DNA of 64,000 bases from a virus (IMGVR_UViG_3300026549_000895:96001-160000), one strand, 5' to 3'. Positions 39,214 to 51,124 are shown, numbered from the stretch's first letter. A program made the numbers and translations. The notes: a model not told the origin generated them from the letters alone.

Positions 39214-42200
39214 TCATTCGATTAAGATATAATCATTTCCAGCGGTAGTCTTTAAATACATACCAGCATATTCAGAAGGTATTGACAATGTCACACCAAG
39301 TCTCATAACAGTTACAATTCTTTCAGTATTATTAGTATCTGAAATATCGGCTGTTGGATCCTTTGTTATATACACTGAGAAATATCCTTCGTACTTTCCG
39401 GAAGTATGCACATCATATGTATCATCTTCTGGATTGTATTTGCAATGTAACTGAATAAATGTTTCATCACCAGTATCAGAAACATACTCAAATGAAGTAT
39501 CCATATCAAAGTCAGTTAAACGTTCATACTTCCAAACATCGTTCAACATTTCCATCATCATTTTAGCATCTATTTCAACACCCTTCAAATCATCCAACAA
39601 TACATTCTTTACTGTTGTTCCGTTTATAGAAATATCATAATAGGAAGAAGATGATTGAACAATGTCAAGCATAATGTCATGTTCGATATCAGCATTGTTC
39701 GGGTTGTCTACATAGTTGCCTAAATATGTATCAATTGTAGATGAATTGTTTGTACCAAATCCAAATCGAATTGATTGTTTAACATACTTGGAAGCATCTT
39801 CATTATGCAACATTACTTGTTTCATAGATGAGCATCTCTTTCCATCAAGTGTTTCATAAACAACCGATCTATGGAAAGTAGGCGAATCCTGATAGTAATC
39901 ATCGCATAATTCAATGACTTCAAAGTTCCTCAGAGATCTGAGGTTAACAAGTTGCAAGGTAGTAGGAGATGTTATAATAACATTCTTTTTTGTCAAGTAT
40001 CTACCATTTATCCAGAATTCATATCTATCAAATGAAAGAGGGGTTGGAATGTATCCTGTAAGATCAATGATGCCATTTTCATTTATCATTGATTTTGAAT
40101 ATCTGCAGACATGTAAACATGTTGTGGATATCAACTGAACATCCGGATTATCTTCTTTTGAAAGTTGTAATCTTGATGAATAGTTATCAGATGATATATT
40201 TGAGAATGGTAATCTGTAATGATGTTTCGTATCATAATAGTATGAATATGGAGTTAATGGTCCAAAGTCTGATTCTGAACTCTTTTCAGATAAATAAGCT
40301 GTACCTGCAACATTATGTGAATATCGTACTTCTATTTCTGAATCCGATAAGTATGATACATCTCCAAATGTTTGGTTTTCCGAAGAATCAAATGTTGTCA
40401 CATTTGGATATCTGTGGAAGGTATGTTGAATATTCCAAACATTGTTAGCATTGTCAAAATCAAACTTACTATTTGCTGGAGTGAAGTCATCAGAATATGC
40501 CAAGTACGCATTACCCTTTTGAGGTGATGAGAAAGTTATCGTGATTGTATTTGCATCCGTATAAACCAAATCACCAAGTAAAGTATTTCCAAATTCGTCC
40601 TTTGCAACTATATACGGATATTGATTCAAGTTATGAACTATTGTCCATACAGCAGAAGCCGTGGTTTGAGTGAACGTAAAGTTTCTTGCTATTGTATTAT
40701 TTGAATAATACGCTGATTCAATATTGAGATACAAAGGATTCTGATCAGATATACTCAACTGAGTCTTTGGAATGAGTAAGAATTTTTCAGGAAGTTCATG
40801 ATAATAAGAATAAGAATCTTCTATCTTAACATAATCCGTGAAAGTTTCTGGTGTGTCATTGTTTTCGATTGTTATTGTAATCAATCCACCTTCGCAAGGA
40901 TACTCATCATTTCGAGCGCATGTGAATACAAATGTACCAGTCGTCCTATACGGAACTTTGGAATCAACTACACGCAATCTTTGCTCATGTTCTTGTGTAT
41001 AGTATGTTCTACAAACAAGAACGATATTTGATACGTTTCCATTGAATGAAGCAACATCGTCATTCTGAATGCATATCAGATTAATATCTAATCCATCCTG
41101 GAAAGAATCGATTGGTTTGTTGATTGTTATTGTATATTCCGGATTGTATTCAGTATATTCAACCGATACATCCCTGAACGGGTTTGGAACATACAAATCA
41201 AAATCCAAATATGATAACATTTGTGTTGAATCATATCCGGTTATATGATGGAATCTGAGAACTGGAATTTCGTCATATTCGTCACAGTATCTCTTTCTAT
41301 CGACTATAATTCCTCTATCATCATAATCAAATTCTGTGAATTTGTATTTCTCGATGACATCGAAATGTTTTCTTACAATGATATTTGAATACAAAGGATT
41401 TCCTTCTGCATCATTATAATGGTGAGAAGAAGTTGTCAATACTGGTTTGAATACAACATTACATATTCCATCATCATTTAACTGAATATCATCATAGATA
41501 TCAGATTTGTAGTATCCGAAGTATACATACAATTTACTTGATGAAATAGACTGGTCAAGCTCGATGATTATCTTTGTATGAACATTGTCGGTTTTGTAAT
41601 TACCTGAAACATCTACGTTCATCTGATTCTCAACTTCCGTTGAAACTGTATACAACTCAGGAGATATCCAAACATGATGTTCTTGGTCATATAAGAAACA
41701 ATCAATCTTATCGGTATAAATTAAATCACGAATATCATGTTTAATATAAGCATCAGCCATTACCGCTTTACCGTTGTCGATGTATATCATTGCAGCATCA
41801 TTTGATACTACATTGAACCAAGATGTTGGTTTCTCCAATTCATCATATAAGTATTGAACCTTTTTGATACGTTGCTCCAAAGAAACGTTCTCCATCTTCA
41901 GATGATCGATTTGCGCTTGGATTCTATCTTTTTCTGATTGGTCAGTTACTCGTGCTTTTTCTGCTTCATATCGAGCAATAGACGATTTGTTTGCAGATAT
42001 TTTACTTTGTGAAGAATAGATATCCTGATAGAATACTATTTTCTCTCGTTCCCATATAGCTTGATCATTTGGTTCTGTTCTGAGAATAGGATATTCTTCC
42101 TGAGGTGTTAATGGAGAACGATAATGATTCAATGCATTTATAACAATCTTTTCATCAAAGGAATTTGTTGTTGTTATGAACTGCATATCATATTTCTTAT

Positions 42201-45200
42201 GCTCATCATCGATGAAACGATTCTCCCATTCATCATTGAATATCCAATTAAGACGAGTGTGAATATAATCAGTATTATTCAATACATATATCGGATCTCC
42301 TCTTAATGAATACATATCAACGAAGATATCATCAGATGATTCCGCATCAGTATTATAGTAACTTACGTAATCATGATTGTTATATTCATCCAGCAAGTTT
42401 CTCATGTTGTCATCAACAATCTTACACTGAACATAATCGCCAAGATAAGTTTCTATATCTTCATTGGAATCAATCTTTAACCATTTAGCATTGTTCTGAT
42501 CAACTTTGCATTCAACAAAACCATGCTTTTCGGAATGGTCTATTTTTGTGATAATGCACGGGAAGAAATATTTTCCATCGATAGTTTGTAAGTAGATTGT
42601 TTCACCTTCGTGATACATTCCACCTATTGATTCGATAACTCCAAATTCATCGGGTTCTAAATGCAAAACCTGAACTGGCTTTACATATAATTGATTAGAT
42701 GAGCTATTTGAATTCTCCAAGATAGCCAAATTATTCAACTTGGAATTCGGAATATAAATAACATCGCACGGACCAGGAAGATTACCTTTGGCTGTAAGAA
42801 TCAATTCTTCTTCATGTTTCAGAACATCGAAATGATTTCCTACATACAACTCATAATTCATTCTACAGTTCTTATGAGTAATCATGTGAGTTTCAGTAAC
42901 AGTATACTCATAATTATTTTCGAATTGAATACGAGTATTAGCCATCGAAGATATTGTATGAATATCCTCTAACTTAATTCCATATTCAGATACTTCATTG
43001 AATTCCAAAACAAATTGTTCTGTTGTTGAAGTACCATCTTCGAAATGAATTGTTCCTGTTATTGTTAAATCAGAAGAATCAAATATTGCATATTCAGCAA
43101 TCGGTAAAATGTTAGTTATAGAATATTTGCCATTATTGACATCATATTCAATTGCGAAATTTAATGTTGATGCTATTGGAGCTTGCTGACCAATAATCGG
43201 AATAAAATGTGAATCGGATCTGTCAATAGTATATGTCATATACACAGGCTTTGAGGTATACTCAGATCCTTCTGTATATTTAACATTTGATATACGAGAA
43301 TATGAACCATTGTATCTTTTCAATAAATCAATACATTTGCTTCTCCAATCATGAAGAATTCCTTCTCTTAAGCCAGGAATCTTATCTTTGATTTCTCCAT
43401 AAATATCCAATACAGTATGATATGCTCTCTCGTTATTGATGATATTGTAAACTCTTTCGAACATAGATCCTGAGTAATCATTGTTTTCATTGTTGGAAAT
43501 ATATTTAGGAACATCTCTTAATATCGATAAATCAATATCTTGTTCAATGAACTTTTTAATCTTCCACCAATTGTTTGCTTTATTGATTTGCTTTAATGAC
43601 ATATACAAAGCACGAATTCTTGGTGCTGCATATTCAACAAATCCGAAGTTAACGTAGAGATATTTTATCTCTGACATTACCATATTCAGAAGAGTGTTAT
43701 AAGACATCTTTCTTCCTGCATATGTGACATATGGAGCTTGTTCTATTGCAGCGTGTAATCTAACGATGTTGTCATACACAAGATTATTCTCTTCGGATAC
43801 AATTGTTTCTAACAAAGTCGGAAGCGTGGGATCATTGTATTCCAAGTTCATCAAGTCTTCTTTGATAGCTGTTATATCAGCCAACAATTGCTTCTTTGCA
43901 GTTGTCAATTGTGAGAATGTATTGAATGATGCTTCATAATCTGTTTCGATAATATTCCAATAATAAGTAGCATCCGAAATAAATTTCAGAATGTATTTAC
44001 AAGCAAGAATATCATTATAACAGAAATAAGAAACAAAAGTATCTTCTGCTGAAAAGCCAACATACTTATCATAATTCAATGCATTATCTTTGTATAGATA
44101 ATAACGATTTGAAGTATAAGTGTTATAAGTATAAGGATAAACTGGTGTAATCGAACGACCATGAGAATTTATCAATGCTGGGAAACCAGAGAAGATATTA
44201 ACTTCATCCAAATCTGCCAACGAACTTGCTGAATCATCGATTTGCGGAATATCAGAAACTTGTGAGAAGTTCAAAGATATTGTATTTTCATTATCAATAA
44301 CATCACTGATATCGATGTCAGTATATCGGTTAGTGAACTTGGTTCTTGCAATAACATCATAGAAGTAAGCTTGAAGTTTATCTTCCTGATTGTTCATCAT
44401 GTTCATAGTATAGAACAAGAAGTTTATTGCAAATGGAGATTCATACAAATCTTCACCATCACCAACAATACCATTTGTGGTAGCATTAGATGATTCATAA
44501 TTCATTTCAGAAGGATAGATATATAACAAATCATTTGATATAATCTTTCTTCTGAGAATCTTTGAAATGATCGCCGCTGTTTTCTCACGAGAATAATCAG
44601 AGAAATACATTCTGCTTAGCTTAGCCAATTTATTCTCGGAATACCAGTATCTGATATATCCTAAATGAGACATTACTTCATTCTCAAATTGTGAGAAATC
44701 AAATACTTGTTCTTCTGTTAATTGGTCAACAGAAGTCTCATCTGGAGAATCAGTATCAGTATAGACAACAAAGAGTTTGAATATTTCATCACCCTTCAAA
44801 TCAGTCAGATAGAACACATTACCAATTCCACAGAAATGATGAATCTTTGGTACATCAAAAGTCCAACAGTTTTCAGTATTCTTATATCTTAATGCAATGA
44901 AATTCTGTTCGGAAACAGGTCTCTTGAAATGATTGTAATCATAATCTTCAAAGAAGTTCTGATTGATTTCAGATATGTATGAGAATTTCTTCAATACTTC
45001 TGATTCATATACCGAGCATACTTTGTCAACGAAACTGAGATATTGATGAAATTCATCCGGAATCAAACCAACCATCTTATTGAATGATGATTCTTGATTA
45101 CCTTGTTCATCTTTATGAGGAGACGAATTATTTCTTAATTCATTCATATTATATAATGAATTTCTGAAATTAATCATCATAGTCACATAAGATTCAGGAA

Positions 45201-46518
45201 TCAAAGATGTTGCAATAGCACCGAATGAATATTTAATTAAAGCTTCTTCTGCAACTTCAAGAGCTGGTTTAACATATGGGTCAAGATAAGCTATCGTGAT
45301 TGTATAAGTATTCATCCATTGATTACCAAATTTTGAAATCTCAACAATCTTATCATTGATTGATGTTAACATATCACGAATTGACAGCAAGTCCGTTATT
45401 ACGGAAAACGAAACATCTGAAGGTCTGTCGAGAATTATTGGAGGAGCCGATATCTTCTGATCGGTTTTAATATAATCTCTACTAACATCAGCAGCGTATA
45501 TTTTGTTACCGTTTTCATCATCAATGTGTTGATGTTGTTCGTCATACACAAACCTTCTGGTGGTCAAATCTTCGAAGTTTGCAGCTGGATAAATACTCGG
45601 TAATTCATTTAATCCATCAACCATTGTCAATATAATATTGACTTTCTTAGCGTTGACAGATTGAAGTTGATTGAGTGTATGTTTCTGAATGCTCTTGATA
45701 ACAAGTTTGCCATTCTTAAATGTTGCAAAGTTTGGTGCAACAACATGAGATGTTCTGTAATTCGGATCATAAATATCGCATATGAATTTATATCCATCCA
45801 GAGTTTTATTGCCAATTACATTATTTACAACTCCATTGTTGATACTTTTAATATCAACATCTTTCAGAAGCAGCACATTTGATGATTTGATTTTGTAGAT
45901 TGTGAAAGTTACTGATTGAGAATATCTCCAACCCACTTTGAATTTGAATCCGTATTCATCAAAGCCAACTTTGATATTGTTATTAATGAAACCATTTGAA
46001 CAACATACAAACGAAAAGTCCAAATACTTCATTATGTCTGATGATACAAAATCTTCATAATCAACATAGTTATCAAAATCGGAATGATGCATCAACTGAA
46101 GCTTGTTACGAATGAAATTATCTCTGTCTCCAAAGTTAATCAAATCATAAGGAACGTCAATAACGTAATAATGAGATGACGGTTCGGACTTTACATGAGG
46201 ATCATTAATGCCTCCATTGAATACTATCAATCCAGAATTTACAACAGATCTGGACATTGCATTCTGTAAAGATTGTCTGTATGTATTTATTAACGATTCA
46301 TGAATATCATCGAACGTATAATTCGACTGACTCATCAAATCTATCAGACGATTCAAACCATTCTCATTACCAACAATTCCAAATGGTTGATTAGAAGAAT
46401 CTTGTAATTTCGATTGTTGTTCTTTGAAAGTAGCCCATTTAGTATCATTGAATGTTTTGTCATTTTTACGATACTTATGGAAATCATAGAACCATTTGTT
46501 GTAGTTTATTCTATTCAC
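39214..46518 (-). CDS. Very large virion structural protein (baseplate/tail-associated, 2434 aa)
   Basis: WTIVHNLNQYP/WNIQHTFHRYP repeats and IIDLTGYIPTPL..YEFWINGR motif; late motif TACG-N6-TAA at 46547-46559. Confidence 0.7.
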   Translation of the reverse strand: MNRINYNKWFYDFHKYRKNDKTFNDTKWATFKEQQSKLQDSSNQPFGIVGNENGLNRLIDLMSQSNYTFDDIHESLINTYRQSLQNAMSRSVVNSGLIVFNGGINDPHVKSEPSSHYYVIDVPYDLINFGDRDNFIRNKLQLMHHSDFDNYVDYEDFVSSDIMKYLDFSFVCCSNGFINNNIKVGFDEYGFKFKVGWRYSQSVTFTIYKIKSSNVLLLKDVDIKSINNGVVNNVIGNKTLDGYKFICDIYDPNYRTSHVVAPNFATFKNGKLVIKSIQKHTLNQLQSVNAKKVNIILTMVDGLNELPSIYPAANFEDLTTRRFVYDEQHQHIDDENGNKIYAADVSRDYIKTDQKISAPPIILDRPSDVSFSVITDLLSIRDMLTSINDKIVEISKFGNQWMNTYTITIAYLDPYVKPALEVAEEALIKYSFGAIATSLIPESYVTMMINFRNSLYNMNELRNNSSPHKDEQGNQESSFNKMVGLIPDEFHQYLSFVDKVCSVYESEVLKKFSYISEINQNFFEDYDYNHFKRPVSEQNFIALRYKNTENCWTFDVPKIHHFCGIGNVFYLTDLKGDEIFKLFVVYTDTDSPDETSVDQLTEEQVFDFSQFENEVMSHLGYIRYWYSENKLAKLSRMYFSDYSREKTAAIISKILRRKIISNDLLYIYPSEMNYESSNATTNGIVGDGEDLYESPFAINFLFYTMNMMNNQEDKLQAYFYDVIARTKFTNRYTDIDISDVIDNENTISLNFSQVSDIPQIDDSASSLADLDEVNIFSGFPALINSHGRSITPVYPYTYNTYTSNRYYLYKDNALNYDKYVGFSAEDTFVSYFCYNDILACKYILKFISDATYYWNIIETDYEASFNTFSQLTTAKKQLLADITAIKEDLMNLEYNDPTLPTLLETIVSEENNLVYDNIVRLHAAIEQAPYVTYAGRKMSYNTLLNMVMSEIKYLYVNFGFVEYAAPRIRALYMSLKQINKANNWWKIKKFIEQDIDLSILRDVPKYISNNENNDYSGSMFERVYNIINNERAYHTVLDIYGEIKDKIPGLREGILHDWRSKCIDLLKRYNGSYSRISNVKYTEGSEYTSKPVYMTYTIDRSDSHFIPIIGQQAPIASTLNFAIEYDVNNGKYSITNILPIAEYAIFDSSDLTITGTIHFEDGTSTTEQFVLEFNEVSEYGIKLEDIHTISSMANTRIQFENNYEYTVTETHMITHKNCRMNYELYVGNHFDVLKHEEELILTAKGNLPGPCDVIYIPNSKLNNLAILENSNSSSNQLYVKPVQVLHLEPDEFGVIESIGGMYHEGETIYLQTIDGKYFFPCIITKIDHSEKHGFVECKVDQNNAKWLKIDSNEDIETYLGDYVQCKIVDDNMRNLLDEYNNHDYVSYYNTDAESSDDIFVDMYSLRGDPIYVLNNTDYIHTRLNWIFNDEWENRFIDDEHKKYDMQFITTTNSFDEKIVINALNHYRSPLTPQEEYPILRTEPNDQAIWEREKIVFYQDIYSSQSKISANKSSIARYEAEKARVTDQSEKDRIQAQIDHLKMENVSLEQRIKKVQYLYDELEKPTSWFNVVSNDAAMIYIDNGKAVMADAYIKHDIRDLIYTDKIDCFLYDQEHHVWISPELYTVSTEVENQMNVDVSGNYKTDNVHTKIIIELDQSISSSKLYVYFGYYKSDIYDDIQLNDDGICNVVFKPVLTTSSHHYNDAEGNPLYSNIIVRKHFDVIEKYKFTEFDYDDRGIIVDRKRYCDEYDEIPVLRFHHITGYDSTQMLSYLDFDLYVPNPFRDVSVEYTEYNPEYTITINKPIDSFQDGLDINLICIQNDDVASFNGNVSNIVLVCRTYYTQEHEQRLRVVDSKVPYRTTGTFVFTCARNDEYPCEGGLITITIENNDTPETFTDYVKIEDSYSYYHELPEKFLLIPKTQLSISDQNPLYLNIESAYYSNNTIARNFTFTQTTASAVWTIVHNLNQYPYIVAKDEFGNTLLGDLVYTDANTITITFSSPQKGNAYLAYSDDFTPANSKFDFDNANNVWNIQHTFHRYPNVTTFDSSENQTFGDVSYLSDSEIEVRYSHNVAGTAYLSEKSSESDFGPLTPYSYYYDTKHHYRLPFSNISSDNYSSRLQLSKEDNPDVQLISTTCLHVCRYSKSMINENGIIDLTGYIPTPLSFDRYEFWINGRYLTKKNVIITSPTTLQLVNLRSLRNFEVIELCDDYYQDSPTFHRSVVYETLDGKRCSSMKQVMLHNEDASKYVKQSIRFGFGTNNSSTIDTYLGNYVDNPNNADIEHDIMLDIVQSSSSYYDISINGTTVKNVLLDDLKGVEIDAKMMMEMLNDVWKYERLTDFDMDTSFEYVSDTGDETFIQLHCKYNPEDDTYDVHTSGKYEGYFSVYITKDPTADISDTNNTERIVTVMRLGVTLSIPSEYAGMYLKTTAGNDYILIE

Positions 46519-46573
46519 TACATAATCCCTCCTTTTAGTATCAAGGTTATCGAAACGTAAAATTTAAGCGTCG

Positions 46574-46593
46574 ACCCCGGCATATGCCGGGGT
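46574..46593. terminator. GC-rich hairpin downstream of the vRNAP gene
   Basis: ACCCCGGCATATGCCGGGGT palindrome. Confidence 0.65.
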
Positions 46594-46608
46594 GACACAT
46601 ATAAGAAG

Positions 46609-46776
46609 ATAGATTCAATTCATAAGGAGGATATGCATCAATGTGATTAATGGCAATCACGACAAAGAGCAAGTGAACTCGTAAAGCAAAAGGAGGTATA
46701 TCCTTATCATGAGAGGGTTCTCATCAGCAGGGATAGCAGCAGTACCGACTTTTTGTGCCCAATGAATTGAATCTAT
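46609..46776. ncRNA. Putative structured RNA closed by a perfect 15 bp stem
   Basis: ATAGATTCAATTCAT (46609-46623) pairs with ATGAATTGAATCTAT (46762-46776). Internal hairpins GTGATT/AATCAC and ATGAGA/TCTCAT. No ORF. Confidence 0.5.
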
Positions 46777-46794
46777 TAATTTGATAGTATGTCG

Positions 46795-49700
46795 TTAAGA
46801 ATTATATATTTCTTCTAATTGACGTTTAAGTTCTATCATTACTTTGTTAGCAGCGCCAATGAGAATTGGTGAAGCTATCATACGTCTCAAACAAGATGTC
46901 GATGAAACGAAAACAGATATCTCTTCATCAGGTCTTGTTTCAGAGAAAGGTTCAAGTCCCTCTGGAATAACTTCTGATATGATTTGCTTTGAAGCAGCAT
47001 ATACAGCAAGCTTATCTCCAACCGATGCTTCATCAGCATGCTCAATATATATTTCAATAAGAACATCTGTATTTATTCCGTTGATAGAATCTGTTTGCAT
47101 AGGTTCGGTTGGTCTTGTGTAAAGAGTATCCAACTTATATGGAGAAGCTGAAGAATCATGTTTGTCCAACATCTTTCTTCTCTTCTTGTTTTCTTTGAAA
47201 TGTTCGGAAAGTAATTCGAACAATGAAGGAGATAATTTATCCATTGCCTTTGTAGTATACATTCTTACATCAACAACAGTACCGGCATGCTTTGCCTTGA
47301 TTACTCTCTTGGCAGTATCAGCATTTATCTTATCAGAAGAGAACGCTTTAAGGAAAGCATCAACTGACTTATCACCAGTATCACCAAGTCCGAACAGTAC
47401 AAGAGGATCTCCAATCTCAACAACATCTCCAACCTTTACAACAGAATCGATTTGATCTGTCGCATTGATTTTTATTTGTTGACACATTGTCAGTGTTGTT
47501 CCAAGTCGTTTTGAAAATGCATGAGTTACAACACCGGCGTCTTCATATGTTGAATATGTATCAGTGAAAGCAACCTTTGCCATAGGACCAATGTTCTGAC
47601 GAACTACTCCATCCGATCCTTTGTGGAAGAACTTCTCATGGAATGCAAGTATGTCTCCTTCTTTGAAGCTATCACCAACTTCAAAAGTAGTTTTCAATTT
47701 GTTATTAACATAGAAGCCACTTCCTGAGTTGAATGAATACTTCGGAGATATCTGAATTGCTTTCTTAGTTTTGGATTTGTATTCAACAACGATGAACTGG
47801 TCGTTCATATCGATTACCTTGCCATCCTCATCTGCAACAACTGCAAATTCCTCTGATAAGTATGAAGGAACAATTTCATCAACGCCATTTGAAACAATAG
47901 CAGGTTCTGCATCTTCGGTTGAAATAATATGAGAAGACTGTGAACAAGCAATTGCAGTACGAATAGCATCATCTCTCGCAACAGTTCCAGGTGTTAACAA
48001 TTCAGAGAATGATGAAAGCTGAAGGTCTGTTTTCGGATCATCAGGAGAATATACACGAGTATATCCACGAATGGATTCGATATTAGGATCAACAACAAGC
48101 TGACGAGATACACCAACTTCTGCAGAGTTTGGAGTTGACATTGCAATCTTGGAAATCATTGTTTTATCAAATGATCTCTTTTGAACGGTGAATACTTTAC
48201 CACCGCCACCAGATTCATTAACACCTGCATATCCTTTCTTTGATATTGCTTCACGAGTATGAAGTTCAATAATAGGATTCAATGCAGATATAGGAGCAAC
48301 TGTTTCAACATTCATCAAATCATTTATTACACAATTGGCAGTCAAAGACAACTTGTTTCCTCTTGCCTTACTACCAGAAGTGTTATTATACTTTGATACA
48401 GCAACTGCGAGATTGTAATGCAGAATTGCAGGAATGATTTCAGTTGATCTGATTCTGTACAATGAAGCGTTTGTTTCATCAACGTGTTCATTATCACACA
48501 GAATATTCGAAGCATAAATCAACATACCAACCAAATCATTCGGTAAGTTATAATGATTACATACTTCATACGTGATTGGATCAACGAAGAATTTATAACG
48601 TGAAATGAAAGTTGTCAACTGAGAATATGTTGTGAAGAATAACTGGTCAAAGATATCAATGTATATCGAACTTTGATCCATAATCGGAACATCGAATTCA
48701 GCAACAGTATGACTCTTTGTAGGAAGCTTGTATAAGCCATTGAACAACAACTGATTTGACAATGTGTTCTTAACAGCCAATACCTTATCCTTGAATGGAA
48801 TCTTTATATATCCTAAATCATTAAATGACTTATCGACATATTTATGTTCAGCGCGTGTCTTATTCAGGAATTCAGTTATACCTTCCCATGCACAACAAGC
48901 AACACCAAGAGGAATCTTGATTCCAATAACTATTTCTGAATACATATGAACCTTTGTGGGTTTCTGCTTCATATATGCTTCACGTATTTCCTGAGGAAGA
49001 TTATCGAGAATAACTTCTGTCAATGTTTTGTTGTCTCTGGTAAGTCCAGATTCAGTATTTATAACAACAGGAACTTTGTTGACCATACCACAACAGAATT
49101 CATTATCAGCCACAGTGACGAATCCATATTTCTTAAAGCACTCATTCATGTTGAAATAAATTTCCATGTGAGTTTCTTTACATTTAATATACGACCATCT
49201 CTTGGCGAATTCATCAAACTCGATAGTTGTCATATATGAAGAATTCGCGTATGTGGATCCACCTGGCTTTACATATTTATTTACTCCATTGGCATCTGTT
49301 TCCTTATCAATCAACTTAACAAGCATGCCTACATCAACGAGTGATTTAGTATCATATCTATTGACAGAAATCTTGTTGTAGTTTGTTGTAAGAATAACCT
49401 TCTTCGGATTAACTTTCAGAATCGGAATCGGGAAATCTTGTTTACCAATGTTGAACCATTTACCACCCGAGAAGAACTCACCATTCTTAACTATCGGAAT
49501 TCGAACATTGATAACATTCTGAAGTCCAGATTGTTTTGATTTCAAAGTAACTTTCCAGTTCTTTACCAGTTCGGATATTGTTGATATATCAGAAACTTCG
49601 ATGTTGAGAACTTCAAATCCATCGGGAAGTTTCTCCAACTGATTGAATACCGCAACGATATCCTTATCCATCATTTCCTTCTCATATATACGAGAAGCAT

Positions 49701-51030
49701 TTGGGAATCCAGAACCACGTGCAACACCCTGATTGGTGGTTGATATGTTTCGAGGTCGTTGTGGTTCTGGCATTGGCATATCAGTTACATTTGATAATTT
49801 CTCAATATCATTCTTATCAAGTTTGATTTGAGACAAAGTGTTTCTCAAAGCAAGTTCACGCTTTGAAGATACAATATGTTTTGATTCTTCCTTTTCATCA
49901 GACTTGACAATGTTTGATAATATCTTACCTGCATCATCAAGATACTTCTTTGATACGTCATCTGTATCAGGAGTTTCCAAGTCAGATGAAATATGTTCAT
50001 AGTTATTAATGCTCTCTTTGATTTTTGTTGTGTTAATTCTGGACAACAGTTCAGCATTTATCTTCATTGATTTTGCATAATACAAAGTATCTTTCTTGAC
50101 TTCACCCTTTGGAACTCCATACTTAGAATGAAGAGCATTCAGAGTAGACTTAGTATTCTTTGAAACTGATTGAGCTTTATGTTGTAAATCAGAAACTTCT
50201 TCATCTCCAAGAGATTCCATTTCATCTTCAATAGAGATGTCTTTCTCAACAACTTCATCTTCAGCAGCTATGTCATCTCTTCTCTTAGTAACCTCAACAG
50301 TTCCTATTTCAGATAACAAAGTTTCAAATTGTGATTGTTCTTCTGATAAGTCATTGTTGAAATCAACCTTGTAATCAGTCCCCTTTGAAATAGAACGGAA
50401 TACAATTATGAGATTCATCTTCTTTGAAATACCTTCTGTACAACAAGCACTCAAGAATCCATTCAACACATCATCGCTGACTCTTTCGATATCATAATTC
50501 TTGAAGATGTCATATCTATCGACATCAACAACCATAATGTTCATCTTCTTGGGATCGGTCATGTTGAATACATTCATCATATTCCATACGATGTCTCGCA
50601 TGTTTGATATCAGTTTCTCATTATCTAACTTACTCTTCCTGAGATGATTTGTTACTTCCTGCATATAACCAGTCATTGATACATAAAGAGGATTTTTTGC
50701 TTTATCCAAATCTTCCTTCTTGGAGAACATAACAGGTTTTATTGGAGTAACAGATTTCAGATTATTCAAAACATAATCAACTCTACGATTGAATTCCTTT
50801 CCGCTTATTGAATAATTAACTCTCAATGTGGAATTGTTTATTGCAAGCGGAATATACAAATCCTTATAATTTATTCTACTTGGAGGAAGCATTGATTCTA
50901 CGAGTTTCATTTCATATTCAAATGAATTAGATACAAGGAAAACTCGTGTGTTAGAATCTTTATTGTCAGGCATACTTGTTATTGGATTCTTCACATAGTT
51001 TTTCAATCTTGTTATATCCATAAATTTCAA
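46795..51030 (-). CDS. Phage RNA polymerase beta subunit, virion type (large N-terminal polypeptide)
   Basis: RpoB motifs SELLTPG...DDAIR...SQ, TYEDAG and VGDKLAVYAASKQIIS. Long N-terminal extension. Late motif GACG-N6-TAA at 51078-51090. Confidence 0.9.
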   Translation of the reverse strand: MKFMDITRLKNYVKNPITSMPDNKDSNTRVFLVSNSFEYEMKLVESMLPPSRINYKDLYIPLAINNSTLRVNYSISGKEFNRRVDYVLNNLKSVTPIKPVMFSKKEDLDKAKNPLYVSMTGYMQEVTNHLRKSKLDNEKLISNMRDIVWNMMNVFNMTDPKKMNIMVVDVDRYDIFKNYDIERVSDDVLNGFLSACCTEGISKKMNLIIVFRSISKGTDYKVDFNNDLSEEQSQFETLLSEIGTVEVTKRRDDIAAEDEVVEKDISIEDEMESLGDEEVSDLQHKAQSVSKNTKSTLNALHSKYGVPKGEVKKDTLYYAKSMKINAELLSRINTTKIKESINNYEHISSDLETPDTDDVSKKYLDDAGKILSNIVKSDEKEESKHIVSSKRELALRNTLSQIKLDKNDIEKLSNVTDMPMPEPQRPRNISTTNQGVARGSGFPNASRIYEKEMMDKDIVAVFNQLEKLPDGFEVLNIEVSDISTISELVKNWKVTLKSKQSGLQNVINVRIPIVKNGEFFSGGKWFNIGKQDFPIPILKVNPKKVILTTNYNKISVNRYDTKSLVDVGMLVKLIDKETDANGVNKYVKPGGSTYANSSYMTTIEFDEFAKRWSYIKCKETHMEIYFNMNECFKKYGFVTVADNEFCCGMVNKVPVVINTESGLTRDNKTLTEVILDNLPQEIREAYMKQKPTKVHMYSEIVIGIKIPLGVACCAWEGITEFLNKTRAEHKYVDKSFNDLGYIKIPFKDKVLAVKNTLSNQLLFNGLYKLPTKSHTVAEFDVPIMDQSSIYIDIFDQLFFTTYSQLTTFISRYKFFVDPITYEVCNHYNLPNDLVGMLIYASNILCDNEHVDETNASLYRIRSTEIIPAILHYNLAVAVSKYNNTSGSKARGNKLSLTANCVINDLMNVETVAPISALNPIIELHTREAISKKGYAGVNESGGGGKVFTVQKRSFDKTMISKIAMSTPNSAEVGVSRQLVVDPNIESIRGYTRVYSPDDPKTDLQLSSFSELLTPGTVARDDAIRTAIACSQSSHIISTEDAEPAIVSNGVDEIVPSYLSEEFAVVADEDGKVIDMNDQFIVVEYKSKTKKAIQISPKYSFNSGSGFYVNNKLKTTFEVGDSFKEGDILAFHEKFFHKGSDGVVRQNIGPMAKVAFTDTYSTYEDAGVVTHAFSKRLGTTLTMCQQIKINATDQIDSVVKVGDVVEIGDPLVLFGLGDTGDKSVDAFLKAFSSDKINADTAKRVIKAKHAGTVVDVRMYTTKAMDKLSPSLFELLSEHFKENKKRRKMLDKHDSSASPYKLDTLYTRPTEPMQTDSINGINTDVLIEIYIEHADEASVGDKLAVYAASKQIISEVIPEGLEPFSETRPDEEISVFVSSTSCLRRMIASPILIGAANKVMIELKRQLEEIYNS

Positions 51031-51124
51031 TCAACCTTTCGTTTAATATTTGTCATTTGATAAATAGATGACCAAAATTACACTCTCGTCAGAGGATGTA
51101 AAATAATAAAGGAGGAAAGAAAAA

